A DNA stretch of 64,000 nt. It comes from a virus (lineage: Duplodnaviria > Heunggongvirae > Uroviricota > Caudoviricetes). The stretch lies in IMG/VR virus record IMGVR_UViG_3300021979_000001, positions 226,948 through 290,947 of that record; one strand, given 5' to 3'. A model generated the notes under the pieces. It did not search any database. It had not been told where the DNA came from and saw only the letters and a list, made by a program, of their open reading frames with translations. Every line of letters starts with the position of its first letter. The stretch's first letter is position 1. The position numbers were made by a program, and so were the translations under genes. Positions 18,703-28,812 of this stretch are shown in pieces.

Positions 18703-19629
18703 TTATGAAATAATACATTTGTTAACGAAAACGTCATCCCATAAAACATAAGCGTTGTGTTTTGTTCCACCACCCATAGTTATACCACCGACATAATGTA
18801 TACCGGTGAAATTCAAATCGCGTAAGTGTTGTCTTAAATCAGCTTGTGCTTTGCTATTATTAATAAGTGGACTATCAGCACTGATATTCACCCACACTTC
18901 TCTAAATGTAGGTGAATATCCATCACCACCTAATTCATTATTTTGATAATCCAATACACCATAGTTTTTGTATTTGTTGACATATTGTATGAGGTCAGTT
19001 GCCGTTGATTTATCACCATACTGTTTCAATAAAACAACGATTACATTCAATACGTCATCAGATATTTCATCATCTGCGACTAAACATCTGTTTATATATG
19101 ATACTGGTATTTTAAATTTTGTGATTTGCGAGTTATTAGATTTTTTGCGAATGATATATTCACCCGTTACCTGTTTTCTTACTTCAACAGATGGTTCAAG
19201 TTCATTCCACATTGCCGTTGCATACTGTATACGTTTGTTATACTCCGGTATGGTTTCTTCTGTTCTAGCAGACCAATCCATGCCATTTGAATATGGCAAT
19301 GCATTTTTTCCCCAGGTTTCAAAGCCCGTTACCAATTTACCGTTTAGATCAATCCATTTTGATTTGTTTCTGATCCATCTATCTATTACGTCCTGTTTGG
19401 ATTTTGCAGACGTTACTCTGAAAATAATGTCACCATTAGTTGATGCTTTTGCCGTATAATCTTTTGCTATTCGGTTGTTGTCAGTGAGGTAAATGCCTTG
19501 TCCGAACAATGCAAACATATCAGTTTTATTTAAATCAAATGCATCTATTTGGGTGGAATCGCCGCGATACAAAATAACGTAGTTATCGCTTTCTGTTATT
19601 ATGTTAATCCATTTTCTAATACCGGTCAT
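18703..19629 (-). CDS. Putative ADP-ribosyltransferase, possibly capsid-packaged
   Basis: LYRGD...FD...FGQGIYLTDN..IAKDY and C-terminal FTGIHY...YVLWD; GAGGA RBS; own late box at 19652-19659; N-terminal IITE. Confidence 0.55.
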   Translation of the reverse strand: MTGIRKWINIITESDNYVILYRGDSTQIDAFDLNKTDMFALFGQGIYLTDNNRIAKDYTAKASTNGDIIFRVTSAKSKQDVIDRWIRNKSKWIDLNGKLVTGFETWGKNALPYSNGMDWSARTEETIPEYNKRIQYATAMWNELEPSVEVRKQVTGEYIIRKKSNNSQITKFKIPVSYINRCLVADDEISDDVLNVIVVLLKQYGDKSTATDLIQYVNKYKNYGVLDYQNNELGGDGYSPTFREVWVNISADSPLINNSKAQADLRQHLRDLNFTGIHYVGGITMGGGTKHNAYVLWDDVFVNKCIIS

Positions 19630-19750
19630 TTCGTTCCTCAACATTTTTTTATATTTATTGCAAATTCAAAGATATTGCAATCTGGTATGATGATGTAATA
19701 ATATCCATCGTTAATCCCCCGATAAATAATGATAGCGAGTGTAAATTGTT

Positions 19751-20287
19751 ATGAAAGCTGTGTTTACTTGTGGAAGAATGAACCCTGTCACGATTGGTCA
19801 TGAAAAATTATTAAACAAGATTGATCAATTGTGCTGCGAGCAAGGCGGACGCCCATTTGTATTTTTGACCAAAACTCATGATTCGGTTGAAAATCCATTG
19901 ACGATTGATGAAAAAATTCAATTCGTATGCCAGGTGCAACCGTCATTTACATATCTTCCAACGGTGAATGCGTTTTCTGCAACAGATTATCTGCTGGCGA
20001 ACGGGTTTACTGAATTGGTATGCGTGTTCGGTGAGGATAGAACTGATATGGCAAATCGACTGGTTAAATTTTATACCGGTCATATGACAAGTCACATTAT
20101 TGATCGTGCATCGAATGACGTAAGTGCAACTATTGTTCGTAAAATGGTTATTACGGGCAATCGGAAAATGTTTAATCAAATGGTCCCGTCTTGCTTGAAT
20201 AAAAATAAATTATACAAAACCTTGCAGGTTGGAATGGGAATTAAAAATGGTTCAAACAATAAACGGATTAACGGACACCGTAGCTGA
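19751..20287 (+). CDS. Cytidylyltransferase-family (HIGH) nucleotidyltransferase
   Basis: GRMNPVTIGHEKL, NPLT..EK, GEDR and VSAT.VR; late box at 19721-19728. Confidence 0.8.
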   Translation: MKAVFTCGRMNPVTIGHEKLLNKIDQLCCEQGGRPFVFLTKTHDSVENPLTIDEKIQFVCQVQPSFTYLPTVNAFSATDYLLANGFTELVCVFGEDRTDMANRLVKFYTGHMTSHIIDRASNDVSATIVRKMVITGNRKMFNQMVPSCLNKNKLYKTLQVGMGIKNGSNNKRINGHRS

Positions 20288-21068
20288 AGTTAAATTATCG
20301 CGTGAAATTGAAGCGGCTTTCCGGTCATCTGGGTCAAGCAACTCATTTTTCACATCATCAAATATATCGACGCCGCAACTGGTCGGCACAAATGCGTCGG
20401 TGAACGACCCGGCATCCTCCATATCGTCATACCTGGAACCTGCCCCGGACCTGCGGGTTAGATTAAAACCACTTAACGCCGATGAAGTGTATGGGGATGT
20501 CGGTGGTCAAAAAAGTATACTTGGTATTTTACGCGAAACTGGCGGACTTCTATTTCCATTCACGCCAACAATCAGTTTTAACCAAGATGTTAATTATCAA
20601 TCAATTAATATGACACATACAAATATGGACCTATCTGCTTATACCGGCACCCCGTCGGTGACACTAAGCGTAGTGGGTAAATTTACCGTTCAGAACCAGC
20701 GCGAAGGACGATACGCGATGGCCGTGCTGCATTTTCTTCGAACCGTATCAAAAATGTATTTTGGTGATGCTGATCGAATTAGTGGCAAAGCTGGCTTGCC
20801 GCCTCCAATACTGGTTTTCAATGGTTACGGTGAATATATGTTTAATAATTTACGCACCATTTTAAAAAGTCATAGTTACACATTTGATGATACCGTTGAT
20901 ATGGTGACGATCTATATTGATGGGTCTCCGGTTCGTATTCCAGCATTGTTCACTATTTCGCTAACATTACAGGTCCAACAAACACCACGTGCAATGCGCC
21001 AGGATTTCAGTCTTGACGCTTTCCGTAGAGGTGATCTCATGCGTAATAATAAAGGGGGATGGATTTAA
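20247..21068 (+). CDS. Baseplate/tail-tube initiator-like protein (gp48/gp54-like)
   Basis: LLFPFTPTI, HFLRTVSKMYFG and GLPPPILVFNGYG; located immediately before the gp53-like gene. Confidence 0.6.
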   Translation: MVQTINGLTDTVAEVKLSREIEAAFRSSGSSNSFFTSSNISTPQLVGTNASVNDPASSISSYLEPAPDLRVRLKPLNADEVYGDVGGQKSILGILRETGGLLFPFTPTISFNQDVNYQSINMTHTNMDLSAYTGTPSVTLSVVGKFTVQNQREGRYAMAVLHFLRTVSKMYFGDADRISGKAGLPPPILVFNGYGEYMFNNLRTILKSHSYTFDDTVDMVTIYIDGSPVRIPALFTISLTLQVQQTPRAMRQDFSLDAFRRGDLMRNNKGGWI

Positions 21069-21373
21069 TGTCTAGAATAACTTATTCCTCAAAATCCCCA
21101 TACGCCAAGACAAAACAAACATCATGGCATATTGGACAGTTCAATTACAGATCAATTCCAGCAAGCGAAGAAGATAGTATCATCATAGTGGACCGAAAAT
21201 ACAATAATCGTCCCGATCTACTTAGCTATTATTTGTATGGTGATAGCGAATATTGGTGGATATTTTATGTTCGTAATCGAAATGTAATGACTGACCCTGT
21301 GTTTGGATTACAAACAGGAATGGAAATTGTTGTTCCATCCGCATCACATGTTAAGCGCACGTTAGGAGCATAA
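21068..21373 (+). CDS. Baseplate wedge protein (gp53/LysM-like)
   Basis: RPDLLSYYLYGDSEYWWIF...N...DP. Confidence 0.85.
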   Translation: MSRITYSSKSPYAKTKQTSWHIGQFNYRSIPASEEDSIIIVDRKYNNRPDLLSYYLYGDSEYWWIFYVRNRNVMTDPVFGLQTGMEIVVPSASHVKRTLGA

Positions 21374-21376
21374 TTA

Positions 21377-23773
21377 GTGGCATTACGTGATAATAAATCT
21401 GGTCTAATTGTTGAAACCCCTATTAATAGAAATCAATCATCGTTTGGTTCTAAATCTACTGGCACAACTACACAACAGCCATCCCAACAGGATGCACAAC
21501 CAACATCACCAGATAATCAAACGCAAACCCCATCACAATCTGATCGTAATAAAGAACGTGCTGGTGTCGTCATTAATGCACAAGCTGCCGATGATCTTAT
21601 TGACAGAACCTTAAATCTTGGTAGCACACCGAATGTTCTGAATAACAGTTTCAACTCAACATACAATTTCACTTTATTCATGACAAATGAAACTGATTTA
21701 TTAACGACACTTGGAACTGACAATATTACCGTGACCGAAATGCAATCGCGTTTGGAAAATCTTAAGCGCGTGGTAATTGCACAAACTGGCGTTACTGGCT
21801 TCAATATCAAAGATGTGACCATTAAAAATATTGTTGCGCCAAATTCGGAAAGCAGAAGCACAAACACCACCGGAATTACTATCGAAATTGTCGAACCACT
21901 CGGAACCAGTTTTCTTGATACAATCAAAAATTCCGCAATAGAACTTGGTGTCCAGAACTGGCAAAAAATGTGGTATTATCTGGAACTATCTTTCATTGGA
22001 TATGATGAAGATGGATATATTGTTGACCCGGTATATGACATGTTTTTACCGAATGGCGGGCGGTGGATTTGGCAAATTCAAATCACCGATATTGATACCA
22101 GATTTGATTCCGGTGGAAGTGAATACACCATTACTGCAATACCAATGGACGAAACTGCGTTGGCGTCGGAATACCAAAAAATCAAAGATCATGTTAAGGT
22201 TGAAGCAACTAATATTGGTGAATATTGGGATAACCTGGCCGATGCGTTAAATACCTCATGGCGTTTGCGGTATGGTGATGACATCGTGTCATTCAAATTT
22301 AAAGCCCATAATATACGGTTTCATGGAAAAGAATATTCTGCGCGGGATATTCGCAATTTTTCATTAATCCCTAATGCACCAGAATTGAACAGTATACAAT
22401 CCGCTCCCTTGGATGGGCGACGTGGCATCGCTGCCGAAGCTGCCCGCGATACAAATATCATTGATTTGGTAGAGTATGCGTTCGTTAATTGTGAAAAGGC
22501 GCAAAATTTAGGTCTAGACAGATCAACAAGACAGGGTTCAACCGAAACAACAGAAAACTTTCGTGAGTCAATTATTTTTCGTGTTGAACCAGAAGTGCGC
22601 GTTACCGGGTATGACATCATTTCAAATCAATATGTCAAGGAAATCACATATCATGTTTTTGGATATGCAACCCAGTCCGTTATTTTGGACCGCCAGGACG
22701 TGTTGAACGCAGAAAATGACGATGTGCAGCGAAGTATGATAAAGCGTCTTGTAGACCACGGTTTCCTGCGCAAACGATACGATTATCTGTTCACCGGAAT
22801 GAATACAGAAATCACCGGGTTGGATGTTCGATTTAATTTCGCATGGAATGCAGTCTTGCCCCGATTAAAGGGCTGGAATTATACCCTTGAATCAGTTGAA
22901 GCCCATTCCCGGATTGACCCACTGTTAAAACAAGCCAGAAATACACAACGTTCTTTGGCTGATTTAACATCCGAAATTTCTGATTTGCAAGATGAACAAC
23001 GTGAAATACAAGGTATCCCGATTGGCAAACGAACCGAAGAACAAACCGCCCGGTTATCTCAACTACCGCAACTTATTCAAGATAATTCGGATACACGGGA
23101 ATTTCTGTTAGGACAGTTTCATTGGGAAAAAACGCAAACAACAAAATTGACAGAAGAATATCGCAAAAAACAAGCGGAACGTGATACAACAGAAACGAAT
23201 ATTGTGTATGCGGAAACGTTAACAGGCGTTCCAGAAAGTGTTCCGTTAATGATTTCCTTCGAGCAAGGTGGGGAAGAAGCCCGCGATGCAACCGGGGTTG
23301 GTTTCCGGCCACAATATCACCGTGATATGTCCGTATATGGGGCGATCCTTGACCAATTATATGCGCCAATGACAAAACAAATGATGACAATTGATATTGA
23401 AATTAACGGTGATCCATATTGGATTGGTGCCGGTAATTTTGAACATCGTGCTAACCTGGCAATGAATGAAATTCCAGTTCTGGCAAAAGATGCCGTTGTT
23501 GCAAATTATAGCGAAGGTGATAATACGTTCTTGTTAACATTTAAAATGCCGTATAATTTAGGTGATGATAGTAGAAGTGTTATTAGACAACGAGATACGT
23601 TCAATGGTGTGTATCGCGTCACCGAAGTAACCAATGTTTTTTCTGGTGGTGTGTTTAAACAAACATTACACGCAAACCGTTTGCCATTAATTGACATCTT
23701 CAAGGCAATGGGGGTATCAAGTATTGGTGATGGTTTTACTTATGATTCAAATTATAATGGCGCACCGAGGTAA
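21377..23773 (+). CDS. Baseplate hub protein (gp27-like)
   Basis: IEIVEPLG, IEINGDPYWI and FNGVYRVTEVTNVFSGGVFKQTL; lies between gp53 and gp5. Confidence 0.7.
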   Translation: MALRDNKSGLIVETPINRNQSSFGSKSTGTTTQQPSQQDAQPTSPDNQTQTPSQSDRNKERAGVVINAQAADDLIDRTLNLGSTPNVLNNSFNSTYNFTLFMTNETDLLTTLGTDNITVTEMQSRLENLKRVVIAQTGVTGFNIKDVTIKNIVAPNSESRSTNTTGITIEIVEPLGTSFLDTIKNSAIELGVQNWQKMWYYLELSFIGYDEDGYIVDPVYDMFLPNGGRWIWQIQITDIDTRFDSGGSEYTITAIPMDETALASEYQKIKDHVKVEATNIGEYWDNLADALNTSWRLRYGDDIVSFKFKAHNIRFHGKEYSARDIRNFSLIPNAPELNSIQSAPLDGRRGIAAEAARDTNIIDLVEYAFVNCEKAQNLGLDRSTRQGSTETTENFRESIIFRVEPEVRVTGYDIISNQYVKEITYHVFGYATQSVILDRQDVLNAENDDVQRSMIKRLVDHGFLRKRYDYLFTGMNTEITGLDVRFNFAWNAVLPRLKGWNYTLESVEAHSRIDPLLKQARNTQRSLADLTSEISDLQDEQREIQGIPIGKRTEEQTARLSQLPQLIQDNSDTREFLLGQFHWEKTQTTKLTEEYRKKQAERDTTETNIVYAETLTGVPESVPLMISFEQGGEEARDATGVGFRPQYHRDMSVYGAILDQLYAPMTKQMMTIDIEINGDPYWIGAGNFEHRANLAMNEIPVLAKDAVVANYSEGDNTFLLTFKMPYNLGDDSRSVIRQRDTFNGVYRVTEVTNVFSGGVFKQTLHANRLPLIDIFKAMGVSSIGDGFTYDSNYNGAPR

Positions 23774-23779
23774 TTTTTT

Positions 23780-25765
23780 ATGAATATTAATAAATCTCCG
23801 TCTAACCGAACCCCAGGTGCCAAAGGACGAATAAGGGAAGGTGGCATTTATGTTGGAATAATTAAGGATTCAAAAGATGCCCAAAGAATGGGTCGTTTGG
23901 ATGTTTGGATTCCCGAATTAGGGGGTGATCAAAATGACCGTCGGTATTGGATAACGGTGTCATATGTCAGTCCATTTGCCGGAACCACTCCTATTGATGA
24001 TACCGTATCAAATGGGGTGAATATGTCGGACAGCCAACAGTCATATGGTTTCTGGATGGTTCCGCCAGATACCGGTAATATGGTTATTGTTTGCTTTGCA
24101 AACGGCGATACCAGCCGTGGTTATTGGTTAGGATGTGTATACCCGCAATTCATGAATCATATGGTTCCAGGCGTATCTGTAAACAAAGCAACAACCGCTA
24201 CCCCTGGAACATTGCCGCCTGTTGTTGAATACAACAAAAATAGCAAACAAAATCCAAATGATCCCTTACGACCCGTGTTCACACCATTGCATAATGGTTT
24301 GGTGAACCAAGGGTTATATTCTGATCAGGAAAGGGGGCCGTCATCATCAAGTGCCCGCCGTGAAGCACCATCTAAAGTTTTTGGGTGGTTAACGCCACGT
24401 GGGAATAATATTCACGTTGATGACAATCCTGATAACGAATTTATTAGAATGCGCACACGATCCGGTGCGCAAATTATGATAAGTGAAACAACCGGATTCG
24501 TTTACATTAATTCAAAGAAGGGTAATAGCTGGGTAGAAATATCTGATAGTGGTATCGACATTTATTCTAGTGAGTCCGTTTCTATTCGATCCGAAAAAGA
24601 TGCGAACGTGCATGCGGATGGAAACATTCTGTTTGATGCCGGTGGAGACATCAGTATGAAAGCCGGGGGTAAAATAACAACCCAGTCGGGTGGTGATACC
24701 CTTATGAAAATGGGCGGAATGTTTAACGCACAGTCAGGTGGTGATACGTTGATAACACCAGGAGGGAAATTCTCAACTACTGCGGGTGGTGATATTTTAC
24801 TACGTGCCGAAGGATCAAACTTACGTGTTGGGACTTTTATTGGTGACAATTCGCAACCAATTCCAGCAAATAGTGGCGTTACCGTTCCATCACAGAAAAA
24901 ACAATATGATGTCAAAAGTGGGGAACGAACATCCACACAATCAATTGTAAATCGTATGCCATCACATGAACCCTGGACAGGACATCCAAAAAATGGAAAA
25001 GCTGTTTCTCCGCCGCGTGGTGTTCAAGTTGTGCCGGTTGATCCCGAAAATATTAAACAAATTGAAAGCCGGGGTGGTAATCCGATTTCTTCCAGCGTCA
25101 CGTCGGAAACCTCAACCCGCAAAATTGTTACTGGAACCGGGGTAACCGTTGAAAAATCATACACTGATAATTCTCCGAAAAAAAATATCGGGCCAGCAAA
25201 AATAAGTAATAACGTATTATCTAGTATCCGAGAAGCATCCGATGAAACCGGGGTGAGTTTTGGTTACATGATGGCTATGGCAGAAGTAGAAAGTAGTTTC
25301 GATCCGAATGCCAGGGCGGGGACATCTTCTGCAACAGGACTGTATCAATTTACCGATTCAACTTGGTCAAGTATGGTCAATAAATATGGCGATCAATACA
25401 ATATTGGCATAGATGATCGTAAAGACCCAAGAGCAAATGCTATTATGGGTGGATTGTTTGCAAAAGAAAATCAGACGTATTTAGAAGTAAATGGGCACGA
25501 TGTCCAGAATACAGACTTGTATATGGCACATTTTTTGGGGCCAGGTGGTGCAAATCAATTCTTGAATGCATTGGAAAAAAATGGCAATCAACCGGCATAT
25601 CAAGCGGTATCTGCTGGTGCCGCACAAGCCAATAAATCTATTTTTTATGATGCAAAAAATGGTAACAGACCACGCACCCTGCAAGAAGTATACAGCAATT
25701 TTCAAAAGAAAATTGAGCCGAAAACCGTGGTATATACACCATATTATAATGATTCAGACGCATAA
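23780..25765 (+). CDS. Baseplate spike (gp5/VgrG-like) with C-terminal lytic transglycosylase
   Basis: OB fold (D...MGRLDVWIP, GFWMVPPDTGNMV), beta-helix repeats, HEPWTGH, then SLT motifs AEVESSFDPNA, SATGLYQF and LYMAHFLG. Confidence 0.85.
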   Translation: MNINKSPSNRTPGAKGRIREGGIYVGIIKDSKDAQRMGRLDVWIPELGGDQNDRRYWITVSYVSPFAGTTPIDDTVSNGVNMSDSQQSYGFWMVPPDTGNMVIVCFANGDTSRGYWLGCVYPQFMNHMVPGVSVNKATTATPGTLPPVVEYNKNSKQNPNDPLRPVFTPLHNGLVNQGLYSDQERGPSSSSARREAPSKVFGWLTPRGNNIHVDDNPDNEFIRMRTRSGAQIMISETTGFVYINSKKGNSWVEISDSGIDIYSSESVSIRSEKDANVHADGNILFDAGGDISMKAGGKITTQSGGDTLMKMGGMFNAQSGGDTLITPGGKFSTTAGGDILLRAEGSNLRVGTFIGDNSQPIPANSGVTVPSQKKQYDVKSGERTSTQSIVNRMPSHEPWTGHPKNGKAVSPPRGVQVVPVDPENIKQIESRGGNPISSSVTSETSTRKIVTGTGVTVEKSYTDNSPKKNIGPAKISNNVLSSIREASDETGVSFGYMMAMAEVESSFDPNARAGTSSATGLYQFTDSTWSSMVNKYGDQYNIGIDDRKDPRANAIMGGLFAKENQTYLEVNGHDVQNTDLYMAHFLGPGGANQFLNALEKNGNQPAYQAVSAGAAQANKSIFYDAKNGNRPRTLQEVYSNFQKKIEPKTVVYTPYYNDSDA

Positions 25766-25766
25766 T

Positions 25767-25798
25767 AAAAAACCCGGTTTGAAACCGGGTTTTCTTTT
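25767..25798. terminator. Bidirectional intrinsic terminator
   Basis: AAAACCCGGTTT-G-AAACCGGGTTTT inverted repeat. Confidence 0.8.
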
Positions 25799-26036
25799 AA
25801 TCGATGATTTGGGTGATTGTCACATCCAAGTATCCCCTACTATATGGATAACGTGTCAACCCATCTGGTGATATGCTTTGTTGCTTCAACGCCTCGATCT
25901 TTCGATCAATCCGGGTGACAAATTGGTCATGTGTTTCATTGGGTGCCTGTGCCATCGCCCCTACATTTTCCACGATGTCTTCCCGTTGACCGCCGTAGTA
26001 TTCATCATACTTATGGACAATTACCGCAACATACAT
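25797..26036 (-). CDS. Hypothetical protein
   Basis: ORF with a GGAG RBS before MYVAVIVHK. Confidence 0.55.
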   Translation of the reverse strand: MYVAVIVHKYDEYYGGQREDIVENVGAMAQAPNETHDQFVTRIDRKIEALKQQSISPDGLTRYPYSRGYLDVTITQIID

Positions 26037-26395
26037 AATAAAACTCCGCAAATTTATTAATAATAATATATACTATTTTAAAAAATACAACTGTTTTTTT
26101 GTATTTTTTGTTATAGATAGAAAAAAGACCAATGCTGATCCAGCGATCCAGCGCCCGTTGATTGATTTTATCATCAACGTCGGTGACGTTTCTAACATAA
26201 GTCACCTTTGAGTAAACATGGCGCAAAATACGAACCAGCGTATCCAAACACCACTACCGGGCGAGCATTTCCAATATGGGCAGTGTCATAAACCGTTGGT
26301 TCGCATACATACAAACGCACATGATCATGGTCAATCGGAACAAATTTCCGATTTTTCTTGGTCATGGTATCGTGCAGTATGATTGGCATGATCAT
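26011..26395 (-). pseudogene. cysS: Cysteinyl-tRNA synthetase N-terminal fragment (frameshifted and truncated)
   Basis: [16 protein letters not shown]...[24 protein letters not shown], a frameshift near 26245, then [29 protein letters not shown]; homology ends after about 95 codons. Confidence 0.85.
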
Positions 26396-26410
26396 TTTCC
26401 CATATTAAAT

Positions 26411-26470
26411 TCATTGGGAAAATGTGATGATCCCAATGATAAACGCGATCAGTGAAATTAAGAACCGCAT
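26411..26470 (-). CDS. 19-aa leader-like ORF (MRFLISLIAFIIGIITFSQ) upstream of the cysS fragment
   Basis: AGAAGGA RBS; its 3' end pairs (10 bp) with the cysS RBS/AUG. Confidence 0.35.
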   Translation of the reverse strand: MRFLISLIAFIIGIITFSQ

Positions 26471-26608
26471 GATGTTATGATCCTTCTGCTAATTACAATT
26501 ATGATACCATGTTAACATAGTATTACAATTCGTCCAGAAAAAGATCAATACCTCCAAATGCGACACAAATCCATTTTAATCAGTTGAATAAAATAAGTCA
26601 ACCATTTT

Positions 26609-27766
26609 TTAGGAACCAAGCATACGCATTTTCATTTCCGGCAATATTTCTTTTTTATAACGTTCGCTAATTTCATTAATCTGATCTGTTAGTCGTTGGC
26701 TTATTTCAAATTTTATATTTACGGCATCTGTTAACTCGACAAACCTTGAATAGTCGATTGTCTTACCACCCATATCCATTAGTATTTGAGTAAATGTTTG
26801 ATCATAGTTAAACCAGTTTGTTGTTTTTACAAGGTTAATTTCATTTCCTGATTTGATGTTCAATACAACCGCCGTTATTTGATCCAATGCCGGGGTTGCA
26901 TCAATATAAATGCATCCGGTTGCCAAATATGCACCATCGAGCGAATGTAATGATAACTTATACGGCACCGAATGATATTTTTCGGGAGACATCGCATTAC
27001 TGACCAAATTAATGCTTTTTGATTTGGTAAACCGGAAAATAAATTTATTTCCAGTAATATCAAACCCATCTTTGGCAAAGAACAACGAAACATTTTCGTG
27101 CCCAATTATTTTTTCCATTGTAGCAACAGATCGTTTCATTACTTTTTGTGCTTGTTTACGCGTTTTCTTGTCACGGAATGAAACGACGGGAACACCACTA
27201 ATGTTATTAATGGCATTATTGGTAATAAGTCCTGATTTTCCACTTAACGCAGCAGCTTTCAAATCGGTAACAATATCAGTAACCGCTTGAAAACGTTTTT
27301 GCATTTCATTAAAACGCCTGGACCAATTTTCAATTTCGGTGTCATATTTGGTTTTCATGGTTCTGGTGGTATCCAGCAACATTTTCTTTTCATCTTCGGT
27401 AATATCACGGATTTTAACCAAATCTGATTTGGTCGTATATGGGTATTCCGTTTCATCAACCCCCCAAAATTGACAAACTGCGAGACGTGCCCGTTCATTG
27501 ATTAATGTGAGAATGGCATCGTTAAACTGATATTCATCGCCACGACACCGGGTAACATCATAAACAACTGCCGCTTTTTGATTCAATGAAGCCGCATCCC
27601 ACCACACATCAAACTCATGAGTTACTTTACCAATAATGCTATCACTATTCTGGTGTGGCTCCACATCCATATAAAAATCTGAATAAAATAATTCAGCCCA
27701 TGCAGCAATATCCGGGGTGATTTCAAGACGTTCATGCGCATTTACAATGAAGTATGAATAATCCAT
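26609..27766 (-). CDS. Hypothetical protein
   Basis: 385-aa ORF with a coiled-coil middle, coupled to the upstream gene. Confidence 0.7.
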   Translation of the reverse strand: MDYSYFIVNAHERLEITPDIAAWAELFYSDFYMDVEPHQNSDSIIGKVTHEFDVWWDAASLNQKAAVVYDVTRCRGDEYQFNDAILTLINERARLAVCQFWGVDETEYPYTTKSDLVKIRDITEDEKKMLLDTTRTMKTKYDTEIENWSRRFNEMQKRFQAVTDIVTDLKAAALSGKSGLITNNAINNISGVPVVSFRDKKTRKQAQKVMKRSVATMEKIIGHENVSLFFAKDGFDITGNKFIFRFTKSKSINLVSNAMSPEKYHSVPYKLSLHSLDGAYLATGCIYIDATPALDQITAVVLNIKSGNEINLVKTTNWFNYDQTFTQILMDMGGKTIDYSRFVELTDAVNIKFEISQRLTDQINEISERYKKEILPEMKMRMLGS

Positions 27767-28296
27767 TACCGAAACACCAACAAATCAACAAGTTGTTTGA
27801 ACTCGCTCTTATACTGTGAAATATAATGCGGTTCATTTTGTGCCAGCAAAAGTTCACAATGTTCGTAAAACCGTGCGGCAATTTTAGGAATGTTCATTCC
27901 GTTTTCAATTTCGCGGGTAATGGTTTCTGGGATAGATGCGTCGATCAAATCAACACCCGGCTGGAACGCATGGCATTTTTTAACCAAGTCATGTAATGAC
28001 CCAGATGGTGTTGTTGGAACCAATTTTCCCAACATATCAGACGTGTTGCACGTTTCCTTACAAATAACACGATCTATAAAATACATGTTATTTTGACGCA
28101 CTATATTTGCGCCTCTCGTGACAATAATGTTGTCGTCTGGATGATAGCGAACAATTAATTTCAGATCGTTGAAATAATGCTTCAATAGACGATATTGAAT
28201 GATCCAACATGGATCGTCGATTTTTTGCCCGAACCACGATATTGATTGTTTCGGCAGATAGGTAATTTCACCTGTTACCGCATTGGGCAAAAACAT
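27766..28296 (-). CDS. Hypothetical protein
   Basis: 176-aa ORF; TAATG coupling with the downstream gene. Confidence 0.65.
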   Translation of the reverse strand: MFLPNAVTGEITYLPKQSISWFGQKIDDPCWIIQYRLLKHYFNDLKLIVRYHPDDNIIVTRGANIVRQNNMYFIDRVICKETCNTSDMLGKLVPTTPSGSLHDLVKKCHAFQPGVDLIDASIPETITREIENGMNIPKIAARFYEHCELLLAQNEPHYISQYKSEFKQLVDLLVFR

Positions 28297-28396
28297 GATT
28301 AAATCCCGTGATCATTATTACGACAATAAATAAGATTATCATAAAGGCTGGTGTTTATCCAGCAATAAATAGATAAAAGCATGGTTTACTAACATT

Positions 28397-28795
28397 ATGA
28401 AAAGACCGTTTCAAAAAAAATTGTTCACTGGATTTTCCACGTATGACGCCGGGTTTGATATGAACATCACGCATTACGATGTTGATTTGATCAAGCGTGA
28501 TCTATTGAATCACTTCAACACCCGAATTGGGGAACGTGTGATGCGTCCTGAATATGGGTGCCGCATATGGGATTATCTGTATGAGCCATTAAATCACGTT
28601 CGCGACGACATTGTTTCAGAAGCGGTTCGCATTTGCAATAATGATTCCAGGGTATCCGTGCAATACGTAAATGTCGAACAGCTTGATAACGGATTGCGCG
28701 TTGAAATAAGTTTAACGTATGCCTTGCTAGATGTCACCGATACTTTTTCATTAGATTTCGAGCGCCGCCAAAATGCAGAAATCACACAGAATTGA
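28397..28795 (+). CDS. Baseplate wedge subunit (gp25-like)
   Basis: DLLNHFNTRIGERVMRPEYGCRIWDYLYEPL; late box AATAAATA at 28364-28371. Confidence 0.92.
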   Translation: MKRPFQKKLFTGFSTYDAGFDMNITHYDVDLIKRDLLNHFNTRIGERVMRPEYGCRIWDYLYEPLNHVRDDIVSEAVRICNNDSRVSVQYVNVEQLDNGLRVEISLTYALLDVTDTFSLDFERRQNAEITQN

Positions 28796-28812
28796 TTTTT
28801 TAGGATAAATTT

